A stretch of 64,000 nucleotides of DNA from Octopus vulgaris (GCA_951406725.2 OX597815.1:209250001-209314000); one strand, 5' to 3'; counted from the stretch's first letter, positions 40,409-52,620 are shown. Program-made: numbers and translations. Notes: generated by a model from the letters alone, not told the origin.

Positions 40409-40410
<2 letters not shown>
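39937..40410 (-). mobile_element. Family E with 5 x ~62-bp tandem units
   Basis: Units start at 40111, 40173, 40235, 40297, 40358; (GAT)n tail. Confidence 0.85.
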
Positions 40411-40471
<61 letters not shown>

Positions 40472-40611
40472 TATATATATATAAGAAATATTGAATTTCT
40501 AAATCTCTCGTGGAGACATGTACGGTGGTGGGGGCGATATAATACATCTATGCATTGTATGTATTTGAGAATATGTTTGTGTATGTGTATTTGTCTATAT
40601 ATTCTATATTT

Positions 40612-41382
40612 GTATGTGTGTGTGTGTTTTAGGAGAGAGAGAGGGAGAGGGAGAGAGAGAGTGTGTGAGAGTGAGAAAGAGAGAGAGAGTGTGTGAGTGT
40701 GTGAGTGTGTGTGTATGTGTGTGTGTGTTTTAGGAGAGAGAGAGTGTGTGAGAGTGAGAAAGAGAGAGAGTGTGTGAGTGTGTGAGTGTGTGTGTATGTG
40801 TGTGTGTGTGTTTTAGGAGAGAGAGAGAGAGAGAGAGAGAGTGTGTGAGAGTGAGAAAGAGAGAGTGTGTGAGTGTGTGAGTGTGTGTGTATGTGTGTGT
40901 GTGTGTTTTAGGAGAGAGAGAGGGAGAGGGAGAGAGAGAGTGTGTGAGAGTGAGAAGAGAGAGAGAGTGTGTGAGTGTGTGAGTGTGTGTGTGTGTGTGT
41001 GTGTGTTTTAGGAGAGAGAGAGGGAGAGGGAGAGAGAGAGTGTGTGAGAGTGAGAAAGAGAGAGAGAGTGTGTGAGTGTGCGAGTGTGTGTGTATGTGTG
41101 TGTGTGTTTTAGGAGAGAGAGAGGGAGAGGGAGAGAGAGAGTGTGTGTGAGAGTGAGAAAGAGAGAGAGTGTGTGAGTGTGTGAGTGTGTGTGTGTGTGT
41201 GTGTGTGAGAGAGTGAGAGAGAGAGAGAGAGTGTGTGAGAGTGAGAAAGAGAGAGAGTGTGTGAGTGTGTGAGTGTGTGTGTATGTGTGTGTGTGTTTTA
41301 GGAGAGAGAGAGGGAGAGGGAGAGAGAGAGTGTGTGAGAGTGAGAAAGAGAGAGAGAGTGTGAGTGTGTGAGTGTGTGTGTA

Positions 41383-41414
<32 letters not shown>

Positions 41415-41530
41415 GGAGAGGGAGAGAGAGAGTGTGTGAGAGTGAGAAAGAGAGAGAGAGTGTGTGAGTGTGTGAGTGTGTGTGTATGTGTGTGTGTGTG
41501 TGTGTGTGAGAGAGTGAGAGAGAGAGAGAG
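40612..41530. repeat. Higher-order (GA)n/(GT)n compound satellite, ~100-bp period
   Basis: Recurring TTTTAGGAGAG anchor at 40627, 40728, 40811, 40906, 41006, 41107 and 41296. Confidence 0.9.
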
Positions 41531-42139
41531 AAAGCTATGTCTATAAGCGTGTGTGATTTCACTTGTAGTACAATCTTGAATTTAGATGAGGATTGTGTTC
41601 AATATTGAGTGTTTAAAATGGTCAGGTGGGTAGAATTGGTAAGAATATCAGAATACTTGAGTTTCTACTTGTTGGTTTGTAATCAATTGTTTGTGGCTTC
41701 AACTGCTTAGGAGCTGACATCTTATTTACCTTTCTCACACGAGGCTGAATTCTGTCACCAAAATTCTTGTTCATATCCTTGAAATATAATTCGAACTGTT
41801 TATGCTCTCAGAGTAAGGATCTGATCAAAGACTTTGCACTTAAAATAAGTAGGACAAAGCTTAGAATATAAAAAAAGTTAGTTTTGTTTCATTTCCAGAA
41901 ATAAAAATTTATTTTATGGTTTATCATTCTCTTTTACTCTCTTTTACTTGCTTCAGTCATTTGACTGCGGCCATGCTGGAGCACCGCCTTTAGTCGAGCA
42001 AATCAACCCTGGGACTTATTCTTTGTAAGCCCAGTACTTATTCTATCGGTCTCTTTTACCGAACCGCTAAGTGACAGGGATGTAAACACACCAGCATCGG
42101 TTGTCAAGCAATGCTAGGGGGACAAACACAGACACACAA

Positions 42140-42192
<53 letters not shown>

Positions 42193-42196
<4 letters not shown>

Positions 42197-42250
42197 TTCG
42201 ATCTTGAAAGGATGGACTTGGTGCTAACTTAACTGTATCTATTTTTATTA

Positions 42251-42307
<57 letters not shown>

Positions 42308-42994
42308 TATTATTATTATTATTATTATTACTATTATTAATATTAATAGTAATTTTTATTAACTTTTATAGCTTTAGAATTTTATGAACTGTAACATGGT
42401 TTTAATTATTATTTTTCATCTCCATATGTGTTAGCTTTTTTTTTTTTTTATAAAAAACTATTAGCCAAATATGTATAATATCGGTACTTATTAATATTAA
42501 TATATACACTGTTATATATTTTGTTTTATTTTGTTCTGTTTACCTTCCTTTTTTGTACAAATGTGTATTATATTATATAAGTGTAGCATTATGATGTATA
42601 AGTTTTTATATTTTACATTTTTATATTTTTATATTTATATGTATATGATTATATAATATTTTTCACTATTATAACAAATTTAATTTAATTCTCTGAAGAG
42701 GCCGTGGGGCATCCTTGTTAATGCCTCATTTATACCTGCCTTTATGGCTTATAGGTTAAATGAGATATGACTGCCCTCACTGCCGAAACAGCTGTCAGTT
42801 TTGATTTATTTGCATATTATATTTGAAATTTTTTACTTATATCTCTTTATCTTTTTACTATTACTGTATATCTCATTTCATTTTATATATTGCCTTTACT
42901 CATATGTAATGGTGTATTAAAGTATGGATTGAGTATCATCGGATAGTTGATGTTTTACTGATTTAAGTATGTTTCTCCATTCTCTAATTTTGTA

Positions 42995-42995
<1 letters not shown>
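42193..42995 (+). mobile_element. Hammerhead-bearing Penelope-like fragment (pLTR or non-autonomous)
   Basis: AT-rich insert with (TA)n on both sides, carrying a hammerhead with palindromic stem III; no ORF seen. Confidence 0.65.
42687..42802 (+). ncRNA. Type I hammerhead ribozyme motif with extended helix II
   Basis: CTGAAGA 42693-99; GGC/GCC closing an 85-nt multi-stem helix II; GAAA 42785-88; palindromic CAGCTG; GUC site ending 42796; stem I degenerate (AATTCT/AGTTTT). Confidence 0.8.
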
Positions 42996-43025
<30 letters not shown>

Positions 43026-43221
43026 TACGACAGGCTTCTTTCAGCTTCCGTCTACTAAATCTACTCACAAAGCATTGGTCGGCCCGGGGCTATAGCAGAA
43101 GACACTTGCCCAAGATGCCACGCAGTGGGACTGAACCCGGAACCATGTGGTTGGTTAGCAAGCTACTTAACACACAGCCACTCCTGTGCCTATTGTTTAT
43201 ATTTTCAATTATATATATATA

Positions 43222-43475
43222 TGTGGAGGCACGTAGCTTAGTGGTTAGGGTGTCAGCAGCATGATCACAAGATTGAGGTTTCGATTCCTGGACTGGGCGA
43301 CGCGTTGTGTTCTTGAGCAAAACACTTCATTTCACGTTGCTCCAGTCCATTCAGCTGGCAAAAATGAGTAACGCTGCGATGGAATGGCGTCCCGTCCAGC
43401 TGGGGAAAACCTACGCCATGGAAACTGGGAAACCAGACCCATGAGCCTGGTTAGGCTTTAAAAAGGGCGCATTTA
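43222..43475 (+). mobile_element. SINE family D, full length
   Basis: Match to 19320 plus tail ...GGCTTTAAAAAGGG(ATTT)n. Confidence 0.88.
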
Positions 43476-43570
43476 TTTATTTAAAAAAAATTTTTACATA
43501 TATATATGGATGCACCAACATATTTCAAGTGCTTAGAGTCGGTATGAGTTTTAATTTGGCTCTAATTATA

Positions 43571-44454
43571 CATGAGGTGCCATCAAAAGGTTCCTGGTTA
43601 TGTTTAATAAAAAATAACTTATTTATCTAAGTTTTAACATCAACTCCTTTGAAAAATTCACCATGCACAGCAATACACTGGTCCCAGTATTCCTGCCACT
43701 TTTGGAATTCAGCCTGGAATTTGTTTTCTGTAAGTGAATCAAGGACCTTCTGTGATTCAATCTGGATCTCAACAATGGTGTTAAATTGGCAACCTTTGAG
43801 TTGCTTTTTTACTTTGGAGAAAGATTCAAGTCTATAGGGGCTAAATCTGGTGAACAGGGCAGGTGAAGAAGTGATACCTTGTTGCTTTTGGTGAGAAAAC
43901 TCTCAAGTGTGGAGAACAAGGGATAGAATCCAATTCTTGTTGCTTTTACCAAATGTCCTTCCTCTAACATTTGAAAATGTCACAGTAGAACTCTCGATTG
44001 ATGGTCTGTCCCTGGGGTATGAATTCTCAATGCATAATATCACATTTCTGGGGGTGACGCTTGTGGTAGGTCTTCCAGATTGCTCATAATCTTCCAGGGA
44101 CATTTTTCTTTGCTTTTGAAGCACCTGTGCCACTCGAAACATTGTGCATGACCCATTGGTTTATTGCCGTAAGCTTGCCAAGGCATACTTAATGTCTCCG
44201 TAGCTGACTTCCCAAGATTAACGCAAAATTTCATGTTGGCTCTTTGTTCTTGTCCATGACAAAATCACCGACTACAGCATAAACATGATCACCTAAACAC
44301 AAATTTCACAACTAGCGAAGTAAACACAGTGATGTCAGTTGGGGCACTGCCTCATGAAAGTCACTGCATGAAGGGTACTGCATATGCAACCATGAGCTGC
44401 CAATTATTGGTGCTCTACAGAACCACTCTGGAAACTTTTTAACATCACCTCATA
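43571..44454 (-). mobile_element. Mariner element, internally deleted transposase
   Basis: MKFCVNLGKSATETL..QCFEWHRCFK..SGRPTTS (N-terminus) and SPDLAP motif (C-terminus); imperfect TIRs. Confidence 0.85.
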
Positions 44455-44734
44455 TATGGGGGCATCAAAATATTGTAAGTGCTTAGGGCCTCTATGGGTT
44501 TTAATTGAATCCTGTGGCAATTAAATCATATATCATGCACTTTATTGGATTTCATTATGTGGGTGATCTCCTGGTCTGTGGAAAAATTGTCTTGGATGAA
44601 ATCAGTCCATGCTGTTCAAAAGTTATGGACTGCTGTACTAGTGCATGAAGTTCCCTTAATTTTTTTGGAATAGCACTTATCTAAATGTCTGTGAATCGTA
44701 AACATGCGTTCAAGCCCAAATAAAGATTCAAGAT

Positions 44735-45500
44735 ACGAGGTCTGATTAATAAGTATCTGGACTGTTGCTGTAGTAACAAAGCTATAGTAATCAGAGTGAA
44801 GCCACTCAGAAAAAATTGACCTTGAACTCTGTTGTGCATGCACACTAAGTTTCAATGTTCTAGCTCACTTCTGCTGTTTACTGCTATACTTGGAAGGAAG
44901 GTGTGTAGTGTGTATTGACCATGACAGAGAAAGTTGTCATGGCAATACCTGCTCAGAGGCCCGCGCTAAGCTGCAGAAAGTGTAAGGAGAGGAGTGTATG
45001 AGCCCCACATAAGTGTATGTTCAGACGTTTCCAAGATGGTCGAAAAAAATGTCGAAATCGATGAACCTTCTGGGAGACCCCAAACCAGCAGAACTGAGAA
45101 AACATCGCAGATGTGCATGCAACTCTGAGAGAAAATCGTTGAATCACCATCCGTGAGTTATCAGAGGATGTGGAGATTAGTTACAGTTCAGTTCAGTCCA
45201 TTATCACTGAAGATTTGGGTATGAGGTGCGTGTATGCCAAGTTTGTGCCAAAACTGCTTTTAGCTGATCAATACAACACTCAAGTTTCCGTTGCCCAATA
45301 TTTCCTTGATTGTGTTGAGAACGATGGAAACTTTGTAAAAACTTTCCGTAGGTCACCGAGCAAGTATCTCTAAGCTTTTGGCAAAATTTGATGCTGATTC
45401 TCTGCTCAACTTTCTCCGTCATGGTCAATGCGACAATCACATGCTACACACCTTCCTTCCAAGCTCTACTGTAAATAGGAAAAGTAAGCTAGAACATTGA
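44735..45500 (+). mobile_element. Second copy of the double-5'-end mariner derivative, right end truncated
   Basis: Collinear with 23477-24852, including both rearrangement breakpoints; inverted part encodes MTEKVEQRISIKFCQKL. Confidence 0.85.
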
Positions 45501-45504
45501 GGCA

Positions 45505-46900
45505 TGAGTTCAAGCCAACACAATCTACGCATGCATCACAGATTGTATTAAAGTCTATTAACAATACTATTATGTGAGACGTTCCTAGAAAATTCTCTAG
45601 GACTCGAAAAAGTTTGATTGTCCAGTTCTTCAAGGAGCAGACGCAGCCACCAACCTGAAGGTTTTACCACTGCCGTGCATCACGTCAAGAACGACCAGCC
45701 TGCCCTCTGGGTCAACAAAGATTGTTCTTACATGTAAATGCAAACTTTTCCAGAGTTAGACCGCAACATCTCCACCACTCCAGGCTGGCATGGAGAAATA
45801 AATTTCTCATAGCCATTTAGGAGGGGAGAGAAAACCCGCAGTTCACTCAGTCTAGTTTCTGTAGTTATGACAAGATGCAACCCATGCGACCTGAGATCGC
45901 CATGGAGGCGACCTAGCTTCCTGACCAATCCCAGACTGCATATATCTATAATCCAATATTAAAGAAAAACAGAAGGGAACTTACCTCAGTGGTGTGGTGT
46001 TTCCTCTTTTACTTGCACGTGGACCGTGGAGTCTTGATGAATTTTTGGTATAGTGATAGGTCAAATTTTTCCCCAGAGGATCTCCGGGAAGGAGTTTTGT
46101 GATTTTGTGAAATCGTCATTTGGGATATGGATGAATTGGACGTTTGGGGTGGAGGGTATATCTGTGGGAGGTTTCAAAAAGGGAAAAGTTTTACAGTTCT
46201 CAATGCTTCTTTTTAAAGTTTTGTTCTTCATGTTGAACGCCATGATGTGGTGGGAAGGGTGAGGCATTAAGGGATTTTGCATGCTTGTGTGCATGTTTTT
46301 GTCTGTGAGAGAAAGGTTGGGGTTAGTGTCAGAGGGGTGGGCAAAGGGGTGGCATTTGTTTGAGCAGGGTGGACAGTGTCTGTAGGGTCGAGGTGGGAAC
46401 TTTTCCTTTTTGTTTTTTTTCCTTGTGACTTCTGTAAATTCATTTGGCAATCTCAATTTTCTTATCTTTTTTAATAAAAGATTTAAAGGCCACCATCTTC
46501 CTTTCAACATTTTGTGGGATTTCGTAAGGAGGGGTCAGTACCACTTCATACCCATCCCTCCTCATCAAACCCTTTTACACTTTCAAGTCCTGCACATTTC
46601 TCTTTCCCTTTGTTGCACCTGTCACTGCTGCAAAACTTTAAGCATTTAAAAAACCTTTTTCTCTTTTCTTTGCCAGTTCCTCCTCCATGCGAATTGCACA
46701 TTCCAAAATCCTCCAATGAATCCATGCCGGATGAGCTCATTTTTTCAAAGTACATAACAATTAACAACAAGACCGCCCCAAAAGCAGTCAATAAAGTGTT
46801 TCAAAACACACAACAATATACACAACAATCTCAACAACTCAAAGCAACAGGAAAACAGGTAAAAAATGCTAAACTGACCATGACAAAATAAAAAATGGGA
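45505..46900 (-). mobile_element. Tx1/L1-type LINE 5' portion (ORF1 relic and AP-endonuclease N-terminus)
   Basis: Manual translation LVITTETRL...FVDPEGRLVVLDV...FRLVAASAP...FFESLENFL...LLIDFN resembles L1/Tx1 APE; upstream region is degenerate. Confidence 0.7.
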
Positions 46901-46910
46901 GCAGAGCAAA

Positions 46911-47050
46911 TTTATTTTAAACTAACCGTAAAGGTTACACACAGAGGGGACAGCACAAGGACAGACAAAACACGTAAGAGGAAAAAAAACTAAAAAAAAA
47001 ACAAATGGAAAAATGGTAATGATTAATGTAAATGAAACGACGGCCCCTCA
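46911..47050 (-). mobile_element. LINE-like 3' UTR homologous to the SINE B long tail
   Basis: TTTGTCTGTCCTTGTGCTGTCCCCTCTGTGTGTAACC versus SINE B TTTGTCTGTCCTTGTTTGTCCCCTCTGTGTTTAGCC. Confidence 0.65.
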
Positions 47051-47481
47051 AAACCTCACCTCTCCAGCTTACCAATTCCAGTCAAACCATTTAACCCACA
47101 TCAGCATGGAAAACAGATGCTAAATGATGATGATGATGATGACATACATAGCTTGTGTACATGCATCCACACATATACGTCAATTTTTTGTTTGTTTGTT
47201 TTTTTATGTCTATTTTTCTATGCTGGCATGGGTTAGATGAATATATTATTGAGGCATTGTTTTACAACCTGATGTCTTTCCAGTTGCTAAATGTCACCTG
47301 TTTTGCAAGCAATGGGTTTTCTTATTTCGTGCATCCTTGAAAATGCAAAGTGCACACAGTAATATGTTGATGGCAGAACTGACAACAACAACAACAACAA
47401 CAACACTACTCACAGCGAGCACCTTTAGTAGATCCTAAATTCAAACAAAAATCCATATACTCATCCATCCATCCATATATA

Positions 47482-47713
47482 TATTTCTTTACTACCCACA
47501 AGGAGCTAAACACAGAGAAGACAAACAAGGACAGCCAAACGGATTAAGTCGATTACATCGACCCCAGTGCGTAACTGATACTTATTTAATTGACCCCGAA
47601 AGGATGAAAGGTAAAGTCGACCTCAGCGAAATTTGAACCCAGAACGTAACGCCAGACAAAATACGGCTAAGCATTTCGCCCGGCGTGCTAACGTTTCTGC
47701 CAGCTCACCACCT
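47482..47713 (-). mobile_element. SINE family B (long tail)
   Basis: Match to B. Confidence 0.9.
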
Positions 47714-48289
47714 TATATACATCCATATATACATGCATGACAGGTGTCAACCTGTACGCAAATATGACCATCCCTGACAAATTATCGTATCCTAGATGTT
47801 AAAGACAATGGCTGTCAGTAATGGCCATCCTGAATTTCAAGGTCAACAACATCTTGCATAACGCTTCTAAGACTCTCACCTTCAAACCCAAGTTGTCCAG
47901 AAACAAGCCAGAGCAAGATCTCTGGTTTTACAATGAAATGGGTGTTATTTCAGAATTTCCTTCTTAGAGATGTCTAAACAAAGACCAAATATTCTCTCAC
48001 TCCCAGTTGCTGGATAGTCATTGGCTTGACTGAATTCATCTGTCCTTTGACAGATTTTGTTTTCCTTCTTGCAGAGCATCCAGCAAAAGCCATCCTCCTT
48101 ACCAAACAAGCCAGGGAGGGTTGTTAGTTTAATTGCCAATGGCCCGACTATGTGACAAGTTATAGCGCTTGTAGCACTAAGAATGATCTCACTTACATGT
48201 GTAGAAGCATACATACACACACATCCATCCATCCATCCATCATTACATACATACATAAATACATACATACATACATACATACATATAAA

Positions 48290-48546
48290 ATAAATAAATA
48301 CACCCTTTTTAAAGCCTAACCAGTCTCATGGGCCCGGTCTCCCTGTTTCCGTGACGTATGTGTTCCCCAGCTGGACGGGACGCCAGTCCATCGCAGCGTT
48401 ACTCGTTTTTGCCAGCTGAGTGGACTGGAGCAACGTGAAATGAAGTGTTTTGCTCAAGAACACAACACGTCGCCCGGTCCAGGAATCGAAACCACAATCT
48501 TACGATCATGATGCTGACACCCTAACCACTAAGCCATGTGCCTCCA
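48290..48546 (-). mobile_element. SINE family D
   Basis: Reverse complement of the 43222 copy. Confidence 0.9.
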
Positions 48547-48756
48547 CACATACATACATACATAAATACATACATACATACATACATACATACATAAATA
48601 CATACATACACACACACATACATACATACATACATACACACACACACATACATAAATACATAAATACATACATACATACATACATACATAAATACATACA
48701 TACATACATGCATACATACATAAATACATACATAAATACATACATACATACATACA

Positions 48757-49135
48757 TGATGGCTGTTCACTCTTGCTGAGGAGAACCATCACTGACCATT
48801 AAGAGAATTGTGCACACAGACAAAATTATTCTTTACACTTGTGGCTCTACAGGTGACTAATGAGCCCAGCTCTTCCTAGACATACACATCCACAGAAAAT
48901 GCAAATCAAACTTTCTCCATTCTGTACACTTTGTGCATTTTCGAGCAACTCGCTTAGGTTCAGCATGAAAAATGTGTGTTTCCACAAAATTATTCGCTTC
49001 TTCCTTTACTTGTTACCACCATTAGTGGCAATGACGAGCCTTGCTTTCCCAACTAACCTTCCATGTCTCACATGTCTCTGGGCTTCTTTCCATATCTGTC
49101 AACCAATTCTCCTCAGAAATCTTTGGTCAGCCAAG
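48757..49135 (-). mobile_element. RTE-clade LINE 3' end with C-terminal zinc finger
   Basis: SWESKA...VKEEANNFVE...KRVARK, then frameshifted LICIFCGCVCLGRAGLISHL*SH; 3' end resembles that at 63061. Confidence 0.65.
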
Positions 49136-49146
49136 AGTTATATAGT

Positions 49147-49565
49147 AAGGCGGCGAGCTGGCAGAAACGTTAGCACACCGGGCGAAATGCCTAGCAGTAT
49201 TTCGTCTGCCATTACGTTCTGAGTTCAAATTCCGCCAAGGTTGACTTTGCCTTTCATCCTTCTGGGGTCGATAAATTAAGTACCAGTTATGCACTGGGGT
49301 CGATGTAATCGACTTAATCCATTTGTCTGTCCTTGTTTGTCCCCTCTGTGTGTAACCCCTTGTGGGTAGTAAAGAAATTGGTATTTCGTCTGCTGTTACG
49401 TTCTGAGTTCAAATTCCGCCAAGGTCGACTTTGCCTTTCATCCTTTCAGGGTCGATAAATTAAGTACCAGTTACACACTGGGGTTGATATAATCGACTTA
49501 ATCCGTTTGTCTGTCCTTGTTTGTCTCCTCTGTGTTTAGCCCCTTGTGGGTAGTAAAGAAATAGA
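49147..49565 (+). mobile_element. SINE family B dimer
   Basis: Same junction as 37111 and 29830. Confidence 0.9.
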
Positions 49566-50255
49566 TACTTCTCTTTTTACGTACTGATTTCAAATACCGT
49601 TAAAATCAATTTTACTTTTCATCAACTGGATCGTTAAAATAAATACCAATCAGGTACTGAGATTGATGTAATCGACTAGTCGCCTCCCCAAAAATTTCTG
49701 GTGTTATGCCTATATAAAAGAAAGGGTCATTCTAAAGCAGAAGTATGTGGTTAAATTACACCTTGCTTCAACTTAAAAACCGATTTTTCGGGTAATGGTT
49801 TTAAATGATCTTAATTGATAGGTTAAGATAGCACTTGCCTAATGTGCTGCATAGTGGGACTGAACCTGAGACCATGTAGTTATGAAGCGAACTTCTTAAC
49901 TACACAACCATAACTGCACTTGTATTATGATATGTTGCTAATTTAAACTTGACCAATCACATGGGTGAACATTTCTAATACAAAATATTTAAAGTACATT
50001 TAACTTATTCTCAGTTGTCAGAGTAGTGACATGAAGATGTTATCACGAGTAAAGTATCAGCGTAAATTAGTAGTCTTTCTTAAACAATGAAAAATAAAGA
50101 ACGACCAGTTTTCTTGTTATCTTAATCAATGTTACATTTAGGAAGCCATTTTGATCGTATTGTTTGGAGTCAACTTCACATCATTGAAATACTTGTTTAG
50201 TAAAGTTCTGTCTTGGCAGTAGTAACACTGTGAGCTATTTAGCTTAGACTGACAC

Positions 50256-50386
50256 GAAGAGAGGTGAAAAAAGGCTATGTGAAGAGAGGTGAAGAAAGGC
50301 TATGTGAAGAGAGGTGAAGAAAGACGATGTGAAGAGAGGTGAAGAAAGGCTATATGAAGAGAGGTGAAGAAAGGCTATGTGAAGAG
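50256..50386. repeat. 25-bp minisatellite x5 (GAAGAGAGGTGAAGAAAGGCTATGT)
   Basis: Directly visible. Confidence 0.95.
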
Positions 50387-51238
50387 CTGAGTAATGAGGA
50401 AATAGGGAAGCCATTTTCTGCAGAATTATTACAGAATCATCTTTAGTATGGTTATGTCCACAAGAGAATCTCTACACACTCACTCAACCTGCCAGATGTA
50501 GTAACTAAATTTCGTCTGTATTACTCCTTACTGTCTTGAAAAAAAAAGGAAGTACAGATTAAATAATTTGATTCTTGATACACAAAGCCACAAATAAGAC
50601 AAAACGGTCACAGCTGAAACATATCTGATTGTAGGCAGCTTGGATCGATGTCACTTGAAGCTGAATATCATCCCACAACTGTTATTCTCAACAAGAACAA
50701 CAACTCTAGTAAAGTGAAACTAACAAAGGGGACGTCTTTGAGGTCCATCTATTTGCTAGAAATAACAACCAAATTTCCTTCAAATTACGTCTTATATATC
50801 CTAACAAGAATTTTTAGGACACATATGTGATGTTGCAGTTCTTGGTACCTCTAAAAATGCAGGAACAATATGGTTGTGGAATGTGATCACAAGTCTCTTC
50901 ACTTAGGTTTGACCTAGGGACTAAAAATAACCCTAATAATGTTCTCTTATTTGCAGTAATATTGTAAAAGCTGCTGACATATATATATATACTGACTTTG
51001 TCGGTATATATCATGTAACTTTCATCCCTGCCTCCCCCTGGTTAATGTTTTTATATTATGGATGAGGGAAAGCAGTGAACTGACATAATTGTTAGCACAC
51101 CAGACAAAATGCTTGGGGGCAGTTCATCTGTCGCAATGTACTGAATTCAAATTCTACCCTTAAACACAAGTATGGCTGTGTGGTTTGGAAGTTCATTACT
51201 CAGCTATGTAGTTTTGGGCTCAGTTCCTCACCATAACA

Positions 51239-51336
51239 CCTTTGAGCAAGTAGAGTACCTTTGGGCCAATATAGTACCTTGGGGCAAGTATAGTACCTTT
51301 GGGCAAGTATAGTACCTTGGGGCAAGTATAGTACCT
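51239..51336. repeat. 19-bp minisatellite x5 (CCTTTGGGCAAGTATAGTA)
   Basis: Directly visible; follows a degenerate SINE A head. Confidence 0.92.
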
Positions 51337-51339
51337 ACT

Positions 51340-52620
51340 GTTGCAGCCGAACTTTTGTAGAGAGTTGATTGCTATTAAAGACACTGAAGTATTTTCATGG
51401 CTTTAAAGAGGGGGTCAGTCTTTATTGATGCAGTTTTTGTTGAATTGGGGGTTTGCTCTCACCAGAAGAGAATCTCAGATAGTAAAACCTAGCATGCATA
51501 AAAACCTTGAGGACTCTAGTTGGTGTCTGTTCACATTTAGGAATTCTGTGATTGTGTTTCAAAATACAGTGAATTTGTTTACGTGGTGCCAAGTTACACA
51601 TAACTGCAATTTACAGTGGGAAGTTATATTTAAAAGTCTAGAATTCAATCCAAGCATCCTTCAAACCTTTCTTTCCTCTCTCTACAGTCTTTAATTATGG
51701 CTTTGTTGATATTTTTTTTTACATTTGCAATATCACTTCTATTCTCTGGGAAGTATATTATTTCTTCAGGTCCAAATGTACTTTAAGTTTATCCAAAATT
51801 TTGTACACTACCCACATGGAAGCAATCCGTCTGTTACGACAATGAGGGTTCCAGTTGATCCGAATCAACGGAACAGCCTGCTCGTGAAATTAACGTGTAA
51901 GTGGCTGAGCACTCCACAGACACGTGCACCCTTAACGTAGTTCTCGGGGATATTCAGTGTGACACAGAGAGTGACAAGGCCGGCCCCTTGAAATACAGGT
52001 ACAACAGAAACAGGAAGTAAGAGTGAGAGAAAGTTGTGGTGAAAGAGTACAGCAGGGATCACCACCATCCCCTGCCGGAGCCTCGTGGAGCTTTAGGTGT
52101 TTTCGCTCAATAAACACTCACAATGCCCGGTCTGGGAATCGAAACCGTGATCCTATGACCGCGAGTCCGCTGCCCTAACCACTGGGCCATTGCGCCTCCA
52201 CTACCCACATACTGTTTATGGGAATGTGGGTCTTGAGACTTTTTGTTTCATCAGTCGTAGGGACAGTATTACAAGATTATTCCCATCAGTGAGCTATTTC
52301 GGTGTTGTTTCTCACTTTCTCAGAAGACCATTTAATATTTTTGGAAGCACTTTTATTTTTACATAGCAGTTTTGTAATATTAACATTTTCAGGTATTTTC
52401 TAATTGTTCATATTTTGTATTATATGAGCTCTTCCTTGAGTTATTTCTTCATACAGTTGTTCAAATGCTGCACTTCAAATGCTGCTTTTGAATATTCTTG
52501 CCAGGGGCATTTTACCAGCTGTCCATACTCTTCTCCAAAATAAATCTTTTATTTCTCATGCTGTTGGCATTGCCTTAGTTCCTGTTTCATTTTTACTTAA
52601 GGGGTTTTTAAAAATTATTT
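51340..52620 (-). pseudogene. Ancient Dong/R4-like reverse transcriptase relic
   Basis: After removing SINE C: PK*LTDG..PTTDETKSLKTHIPI..VYKIL..INKAIIKDC..AWI resembles RLE-LINE RT motifs; heavily degraded. Confidence 0.5.
51818..52200 (-). mobile_element. SINE family C, full length
   Basis: 12-bp TSD CACTACCCACAT at 51806-51817 and 52199-52210. Confidence 0.92.

Larger units (their letters stand above)
41928..43190 (-). mobile_element. SINE family A split by an ~800-bp insertion in its (TA)n
   Basis: Tail half 41928-42140, head half 43025-43190. Confidence 0.9.

Noticed and set aside
40111-40410. Resemblance of the module to a pistol ribozyme (GUG..CAC-UAAA...GCG-hairpin-GY)
   Set aside because: No room for the P2 helix, and the putative P3 is not conserved in the diverged units at 39020-39378.
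40627-41305. TTAGG motifs as interstitial telomere repeats
   Set aside because: Single TTTTAGG per ~100-bp unit, not tandem telomeric repeats.
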